A stretch of 64,000 nucleotides of DNA from an uncultured Holophaga sp. (GTDB lineage Bacteria; Acidobacteriota; Holophagae; Holophagales; Holophagaceae): NCBI GenBank assembly GCA_963664825.1, contig OY761614.1, positions 2,048,001 to 2,112,000 of the forward strand, in the 5' to 3' direction. Shown piece by piece: positions 58,432-64,000 of this stretch (position 1 is its first letter; every line of letters begins with the position of its first letter). The translations under genes were made by a program, and so were the position numbers. Below the pieces are notes generated by a model that was not told where the DNA came from, ran no database searches, and saw only the letters and a program-made list of their open reading frames with translations.

Positions 58432-59322
58432 ATGGCGATCGTCATCGATAAATCCCAGCGCTGGCGCGTGTTTGCCGCCCACGCCTGCATCATTGGCCTC
58501 TGCGCCCTCGTGATCTTCCCCCTCCTGATGGTGGTGTCGATTTCGCTGCGCCCAGGAAATTTCGCCACCGGTAGCCTGATCCCGCAAACCATCAGCCTGG
58601 AACACTGGCGCTTCGCGCTGGGGATGCCCTATCCAGGCTCCGACGGCCAGATGATTACGCCGGATCTGCCCGTGCTGCGCTGGCTCTGGAATTCCATTAA
58701 GATCGCCACGATTTCAGCCGCAGTCGCGCTCTTCCTCTCGACCACCGCTGCCTATGCCTTCGCGCGCATGAGGTTCGCCGGGAAGAAGGTCGCGCTCCTG
58801 GGCCTGATGCTGATGCAGATGTTTCCCACCGTGCTGGCTCTGGTGGCCATCCACGCCATCTTCTCCCGTATCGGCCATCCCTTCCCCGCCCTGGGCGTCG
58901 ATAGTCACTGGGCCCTGATCCTGGCCTACTCCGGTGGCGTGGCCATGCACATCTGGATCATCCGGGGCTTCTTCGAGACTATCCCGGGTGAGATCGAGGA
59001 GGCCGCCACCGTCGATGGCGCCACCCCTTGGCAGGCCTTCTGGCGCGTGCTCCTGCCCATGGCCATCCCCATCCTGGTGGTGGTCTTCCTGCTGGCCTTC
59101 ATCGGCGCCATCAACGAATATCCCCAGGCCTCCATCCTCCTCCGGACCCAGCCCAATCTCACGATGGCCGTGGGAGCCAAGCAGTTCCTCTACGCCCAGA
59201 AATACCTGTGGGGGGATTTCGCCGCCGCGGCGATCCTCTCGGGCCTTCCCGTTTCCGTGGTCTTTATCCTGGCCCAGCGATGGATGGTCTCCGGCCTCAC
59301 GGCCGGGGCCAATAAGGGCTGA
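58432..59322 (+). CDS. malG: Maltose ABC permease MalG
   Basis: SLRPGNFATGSLIP, WLWNSIK, EEAATVDGATPWQAF and WGDFAAAA motifs. Confidence 0.95.
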   Translation: MAIVIDKSQRWRVFAAHACIIGLCALVIFPLLMVVSISLRPGNFATGSLIPQTISLEHWRFALGMPYPGSDGQMITPDLPVLRWLWNSIKIATISAAVALFLSTTAAYAFARMRFAGKKVALLGLMLMQMFPTVLALVAIHAIFSRIGHPFPALGVDSHWALILAYSGGVAMHIWIIRGFFETIPGEIEEAATVDGATPWQAFWRVLLPMAIPILVVVFLLAFIGAINEYPQASILLRTQPNLTMAVGAKQFLYAQKYLWGDFAAAAILSGLPVSVVFILAQRWMVSGLTAGANKG

Positions 59323-59378
59323 ACCCTTCACCAACCTCCGAGGGCCAAGGCCCTCCCAACCTCAAGAAGGAGAACCGC

Positions 59379-59810
59379 ATGAGCCTCAGCTCCACACTCC
59401 TCAAGACGATCGCCGGGCTTGCCCTGGCCGTGACCCCAATGCTGGCCACGCCGCCCGAGGGCATGATCGAGATCAACTACCACCGCTGTGATGCCAAGTA
59501 CGAGCGCTGGGGCGTGCATCTCTGGAAGAGCCCCAACATGCCGTTGCCCGACATCGAATGGCCCAACCCCATGATGCCCACCGGCAAGAACGACTTCGGC
59601 GTCTTCTGGCACGCGAAGCTCGACGAGTTCTCCACGGGCTCCAAGGCCCAGGTCAACTACATCATCCACAAGGGCGATATCAAGGAGCAGGGCGGCAAGG
59701 ACATGGCCTTCGATGGCAATGCCCACAAGGCGATCTGGGTCATCAACAATGACCGCGGTATCTACTTCTCCCAGGAAGAGGCCATGAAGGGCCACGTCTG
59801 CAAGAAGTAG
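59379..59810 (+). CDS. Secreted stand-alone pullulanase-associated (CBM41-like) domain protein
   Basis: Signal peptide and the pattern INYHR.D..YE.WG.HLW...W......GKNDFG..W...YIIHKGD.K. AGGAG RBS. Confidence 0.75.
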   Translation: MSLSSTLLKTIAGLALAVTPMLATPPEGMIEINYHRCDAKYERWGVHLWKSPNMPLPDIEWPNPMMPTGKNDFGVFWHAKLDEFSTGSKAQVNYIIHKGDIKEQGGKDMAFDGNAHKAIWVINNDRGIYFSQEEAMKGHVCKK

Positions 59811-59830
59811 CCTGCATGAACTAGCTAGCC

Positions 59831-59858
59831 GCCCCCGGGTATCCGAAACCCGGGGGCG
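59831..59858 (+). terminator. Intercistronic hairpin
   Basis: gcccccgggt-atccgaa-acccgggggc. Confidence 0.5.
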
Positions 59859-59894
59859 CCTTGTCCCGATTCCCGAACGCTGCAAGAGGCTTCC

Positions 59895-61559
59895 ATGATC
59901 CCGGTCTCCCCATTGTCCTCCGCTCTTCTTGCGGCCTCCTGCTTGTTCACGGCTTCCTTGAGCCTGGAGGCCGGGGCGCCCCCTTCCTTCGCCGATAATC
60001 CGATCGTCTACTTCGTGATGACCGATCGTTTCCAGAACGGGAACCCGGCCAACGACCATAGCTACGGGCGCCAGCGCGGCACCACCCCCAAGGAGGATGT
60101 GGGCACCTTCCACGGCGGCGATCTGAAGGGCCTCACCCAGAAGCTCCAGGCCGGCTATTTCAAACAGCTCGGCGTGAACGCCCTCTGGATCACGGCGCCC
60201 TACGAGCAGATCCACGGATGGGTGCAGGGCGGGAACAAGGAGTTCAAGCACTACGCCTACCATGGCTACTACGCCCTCGACTACACGGTGCTTGACCAGA
60301 ACATGGGCACCCCCGAGGAACTGCGGGAGATGGTCGATACCGCCCACACCCAGGGCATCCGCATCCTCTTCGATGTGGTGATGAACCACCCCGGCTATCT
60401 GGATCTCCAGACCGCCTCCGATCTCAAGATCGATGTGTTGTGGAAGGGCTGGGAGAAGGATGGGAATCTCCTGCGGAACTACCACAACTTCATCGACTAC
60501 AACAGCGACAACTGGGACGGGTGGTGGGGCCGTCCCTGGGTGCGCGCGGGCCTGCCGGGCTACATCGACGGGGGCCGCAACGACCAGACCATGCAGCTGG
60601 CCTTCCTGCCCGATTTCAGGACCGAGAGCAAGGAGGCCGTCCAGGTCCCCAAGTTCCTGCGGGAGAAGGTCGGCACGCGGGCCGTGGACCTGCCCGGCAC
60701 CACCGTCCGGGGCTACCTGGTGAAGTGGCTCACGGACTGGGTGCGGGAGTACGGCATTGACGGCTTCCGCTGCGATACGGTCAAGCACGTGGAGCCCGAG
60801 GCCTGGATGACCCTGAAGGGGGAGGGCCTGAAGGCGCTGGCGGAGTGGAAGGCTAAGAATCCCGCCAAGAAGATCGATGATGCCGCCTTTTGGATGGTCG
60901 GCGAATACTGGGGCGCGGGCCCCGAACCCCACAAGATGCTGGGTTCGGGCTTCGACGCCATGATCAATTTCGATTTCCAGGAGCGAGGCAAGTCCTTCGC
61001 CAAGCCTGATGGGCTGTTCAGCGAGTACGCCAAGGCCCAGGCTGGGAAAGCGCCCCATATGCTGAACTACATCTCCTCGCACGATACCAAGCTCTTCGAC
61101 CGGGAGAAGCTCCTGGAAGGGGGCGCGGCCCTGCTCCTGGCCCCCGGCGGCGTCCAGATCTTCTACGGAGACGAAAGCGGTCGGCCCCTGGGTTATACGC
61201 CCAACACGGATCCTCAGCAGGGCACGCGTTCGGACATGAACTGGAATGCCATCGACGAGAAGCTGCTGGCGCACTGGCGCAAGCTGGGTACCTTCCGGGC
61301 CGTCCACCCGGCCCTGGCTCGGGGAGAACATAAGCAGCTGAGCGCGTCTCCCTACGTCTTCAGCCGCATCGACGCTTTCCACGATGACCGCGTGGTGGTG
61401 GCCATGGATGTGAATGGCGAAGTGACACTGAATGTCGCGGGCGTCTTCACCGACGGCCAGGCCCTGCGGGATGCCTACACGGGCCGCAGCGCCGTCGTGG
61501 AGAAGGGGCTCGTGAAACTCCAGGCCGAGCGCTACGTGCTGCTCGAGCGCGCCCGCTGA
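59895..61559 (+). CDS. Periplasmic alpha-amylase (MalS-like catalytic domain), GH13
   Basis: YFVMTDRF.NG, FHGGDLKGL, YAYHGYY, DVVMNH, GFRCDTVKH and SSHD motifs, plus a signal peptide. Confidence 0.9.
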   Translation: MIPVSPLSSALLAASCLFTASLSLEAGAPPSFADNPIVYFVMTDRFQNGNPANDHSYGRQRGTTPKEDVGTFHGGDLKGLTQKLQAGYFKQLGVNALWITAPYEQIHGWVQGGNKEFKHYAYHGYYALDYTVLDQNMGTPEELREMVDTAHTQGIRILFDVVMNHPGYLDLQTASDLKIDVLWKGWEKDGNLLRNYHNFIDYNSDNWDGWWGRPWVRAGLPGYIDGGRNDQTMQLAFLPDFRTESKEAVQVPKFLREKVGTRAVDLPGTTVRGYLVKWLTDWVREYGIDGFRCDTVKHVEPEAWMTLKGEGLKALAEWKAKNPAKKIDDAAFWMVGEYWGAGPEPHKMLGSGFDAMINFDFQERGKSFAKPDGLFSEYAKAQAGKAPHMLNYISSHDTKLFDREKLLEGGAALLLAPGGVQIFYGDESGRPLGYTPNTDPQQGTRSDMNWNAIDEKLLAHWRKLGTFRAVHPALARGEHKQLSASPYVFSRIDAFHDDRVVVAMDVNGEVTLNVAGVFTDGQALRDAYTGRSAVVEKGLVKLQAERYVLLERAR

Positions 61560-61586
61560 TTAAGCCACCCAACCCGGAGATTACCC

Positions 61587-63224
61587 ATGAGCACCAAGAG
61601 ACTTCCCCAGGTCGCCTACTTCTGCATGGAATACGCCCTTGAAAGCAGCTTCAAGATCTACGCCGGCGGCCTGGGCATCCTCGCCGGGGACTACCTGAAG
61701 GGCGTGAAGGACTATGGCTTCCCCATGGTGGGCATCGGCATCCGCTGGAAGCAGGGCTACGGGGAGCAGTTCATCGAACCCGCCACGGGCAAGGCCTTCG
61801 ATGCCTACAAGAACCAGGCCCATGAATTCCTGGAAGATACAGGCGTCGTGGTGAAGGTGCCCATCAAGGGACGCGATGTGCATGTGAAGGTCTGGCGGGT
61901 GAATTCCCATGGTGTGGATTCCCTCTACCTGCTCGATACCGATATCGAAGAGAACGACGGCGAGGCTCGCTGGATCACGGGCCAGCTCTACGGCTGGTTC
62001 GGCGAGGAGCGGGTGGCCCAGGAGATGGTGCTGGGCATCGGCGGCGTGCGGGCCCTGAAGGCCCTGAAGATCAAGCCCGAGGTCTTTCACTTCAACGAGG
62101 GCCATGCCCTCTTTGCCGGGTTTGAACGGATCCGTGAGCGCATGGCCAGGGGGGCCAGCTTCGAGAGCGCCTGGGCCAAGACCCGGGAGGAGGTGGTCTT
62201 CACCACCCATACGCCCATCGTGCAGGGCAACGAATCCCATCCCATCGAGCGCTTCATCTACATGGGCGCCAATCTGGGGCTCACCCGCACCCAGCTCAAG
62301 CAGCTGGGGGGAAGCCCCTTCAATATGACCGTCGGCGCTCTGCGACTTTCCCGCATCTCCAATGCGGTGGCCGATCTGCACCGGGTGACCGCCAATACGA
62401 TGTGGGCCGGGATCAAGGGGCGCTGCGAGATCATCGGCATCACCAACGCCATCCATACCGGCACCTGGGTGGACCCTCGGATGCTCGAATTGGCCGATGG
62501 CGGCAAGGCCCGCAAGGAGGCCCTCTGGAAGCGCCACCTGGAGAACAAGCGCAAGCTCATCGGTTTCGTGAAGGAACGCACGGGCGTCACCCTGGACCCC
62601 AAGGTGCTCCTCATCGGGTTCTCCCGTCGGGCCGCGCCCTACAAGCGTTCGAACTTCATCTTCACCGAGCGGGCCTTCATCGAGCCCCTCCTGAAGAGCG
62701 GCAAGCTCCAGATCGTCTTCTCCGGGAAGTCCCATCCCCTCGACGATAACGGCAAGGTGATCGTGGAGGACATCGTGGCCATGACCCGGAAGTATCCAGG
62801 CAAGGTGGTCTTCCTGGAGAACTACGATATGGAGATCGGCGCCATGCTCACCCGGGGCTCGGATGTGTGGCTGAACAATCCGCGCCGTCCCAAGGAAGCC
62901 TCGGGCACCTCGGGCATGAAGGCCGCCATGAATGGCGTCCTGAACCTGTCCATTCTGGACGGCTGGTGGCCGGAGGCCTGCCAGCATGGCGTGAACGGAT
63001 GGCAGTTCGGCGATGGCTACGAAAACGCGAAGGAAACCCTGCTGGACAAGCACGACTTCAAGGCCTTCAAGAAGGTCCTCGCCGAAGAGGTCCTGCCCAC
63101 CTACTACGAGCATCCCGGCAGGTGGATCGACATGATGCTGGAATCCATCCGCAGCACCCGGGAAGCCTTTGGCGTCAAGCGCATGCTGGACGAGTACTAC
63201 GGCCGGATGTACATCCGGCAATAG
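61587..63224 (+). CDS. glgP: Alpha-glucan (maltodextrin/glycogen) phosphorylase, short form
   Basis: AYFCMEY, YAGGLGILAGD, HFNEGH, FTTHT, RRAAPYKR and EASGTSGMKAAMNG (PLP Lys) motifs. Confidence 0.93.
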   Translation: MSTKRLPQVAYFCMEYALESSFKIYAGGLGILAGDYLKGVKDYGFPMVGIGIRWKQGYGEQFIEPATGKAFDAYKNQAHEFLEDTGVVVKVPIKGRDVHVKVWRVNSHGVDSLYLLDTDIEENDGEARWITGQLYGWFGEERVAQEMVLGIGGVRALKALKIKPEVFHFNEGHALFAGFERIRERMARGASFESAWAKTREEVVFTTHTPIVQGNESHPIERFIYMGANLGLTRTQLKQLGGSPFNMTVGALRLSRISNAVADLHRVTANTMWAGIKGRCEIIGITNAIHTGTWVDPRMLELADGGKARKEALWKRHLENKRKLIGFVKERTGVTLDPKVLLIGFSRRAAPYKRSNFIFTERAFIEPLLKSGKLQIVFSGKSHPLDDNGKVIVEDIVAMTRKYPGKVVFLENYDMEIGAMLTRGSDVWLNNPRRPKEASGTSGMKAAMNGVLNLSILDGWWPEACQHGVNGWQFGDGYENAKETLLDKHDFKAFKKVLAEEVLPTYYEHPGRWIDMMLESIRSTREAFGVKRMLDEYYGRMYIRQ

Positions 63225-63230
63225 GATTCT

Positions 63231-63453
63231 CACCGCCAAGAACGCCAAGCATGGACAGTCCTCGACAGGGGGGATGGCACTCTCTTAGTGCGCTTCGAAG
63301 TGATCCCCTACATCCTCTTTCATCCTCGTTCAGGGCGTATTTGAACAGGGATGAGGGGGATGTGGTCTTCAGGGCCCGCGGCTTCTCCAGCAGGTTTTAT
63401 ATCCCTGTGAGCGTCACGCCTCCCGTCCCTTTGCGTTCTCAGCGTTCGCGTTC
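63231..63453. repeat. Nested imperfect inverted-repeat element
   Basis: Outer arms are caccgccaagaacgccaag and ctttgcgttctcagcgttc. The inner hairpin is acatcctctttcatcctcgttca / tgaacagggatgagggggatgt (63310-63363). Confidence 0.6.
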
Positions 63454-63560
63454 TTCTTTTTCCATCAGCGTCTGAGGCACCAGATATCTAGGGCGATGGC
63501 TGGGCCCATGAGGGTGACGAGGATGAAGAAGCCTCCGGTGAGGACGCGTTCCTTCATCTG
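63448..63560 (-). pseudogene. Duplicated 3' fragment of rseP (last ~31 codons, stop and 3' flank)
   Basis: 108/113 identical to 63669-63781 by manual alignment. Confidence 0.9.
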
Positions 63561-63570
63561 ATCAGGAAAG

Positions 63571-63674
63571 GAACGAGCGCGAAGGCCGCGAAGGGGGCCG
63601 AGAGCGCGAAGAAATGAAGACAGCCAAGGCATTCCTGTTCGCGTCCCTTCGCTTCCTTAGCGCTCTTAGCGTTC
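63571..63674. repeat. Imperfect inverted-repeat element of ~9-bp units separating the two rseP ends
   Basis: gcgcgaaggccgcgaag...gagcgcgaagaa versus ttcgcgtcccttcgcttccttagcgctcttagcgttc. Confidence 0.7.
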
Positions 63675-63685
63675 TTCTTTTTCCA

Positions 63686-64000
63686 TCAGCGTCTGAGGCG
63701 CCAGATATCCAGGGCGATGGCCAGGCCCATGAGGGTGACGAGGATGAAGAAGCCTCCGGTGAGGATGCGTTCCTTCATCTGGATGGAGAAGTCCTTCCGG
63801 CGCAGCTTCTCGGCGCAGAGGATGGCCATGTGTCCACCGTCCAGGACTGGGATGGGCAGGGCATTGAGCACCGCCAGGTTCACGGAGAGGAGGGCGCAGA
63901 GCAGGATGAAGCGCTCCCAGCCCGCCTTGGCCGCGTCGCTGCCCGCCCTGGCGATGGTGACGATGCCGCCCACCTGCTTGAAGCTGGTCCTGCAGGACAC
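63686..64000 (-). CDS. rseP: RIP/site-2 metalloprotease RseP, C-terminal part (runs off the window)
   Basis: SVNLAVLNALPIPVLDGGH (N..P...LDG) motif and a final TM helix ending in DI.RL. Confidence 0.9.
   Translation of the reverse strand: MSCRTSFKQVGGIVTIARAGSDAAKAGWERFILLCALLSVNLAVLNALPIPVLDGGHMAILCAEKLRRKDFSIQMKERILTGGFFILVTLMGLAIALDIWRLRR

Noticed and set aside
63448..63781. Diversity-generating retroelement TR/VR pair
   Set aside because: The five mismatches are mixed transitions and are not adenine-specific on either strand. No reverse transcriptase is present in the window.

Overview
A GC-rich, densely coding bacterial chromosomal window. Gene style and content are consistent with an anaerobe such as Holophagae/Acidobacteriota, but that is inference. 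From left to right it holds an S9 peptidase (5'-truncated); a NemR-like TetR / YqhD-like ADH / DJ-1 / old-yellow-enzyme electrophile-stress operon; an orphan motAB-like pair; tRNA-modification and radical SAM genes; a YtrA-type GntR with a double ABC-exporter operon; an aminotransferase and GTP-PEPCK; a two-gene glucose-family PTS; and clpB. These are followed by an anaerobic purine/urate-catabolism cluster (xdh, ygfK, ygeY, hydantoinase-like, ygeW, ssnA, two PLP enzymes, RpiR regulator), a large LacI-controlled starch/maltodextrin locus, and the 3' end of rseP. No rRNA, tRNA, CRISPR array, transposase or integrase was recognised. The most unusual signals are small palindromic repeats. One 82-bp element occurs twice at about 91% identity: once as a clean in-frame 31-codon insert inside ygfK, and once in reverse orientation at the N-terminus of an ABC ATPase. 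There is also a ~205-bp MITE-like structured element, several 9-bp-periodic inverted repeats, and a duplicated rseP 3' end bracketed by those repeats.
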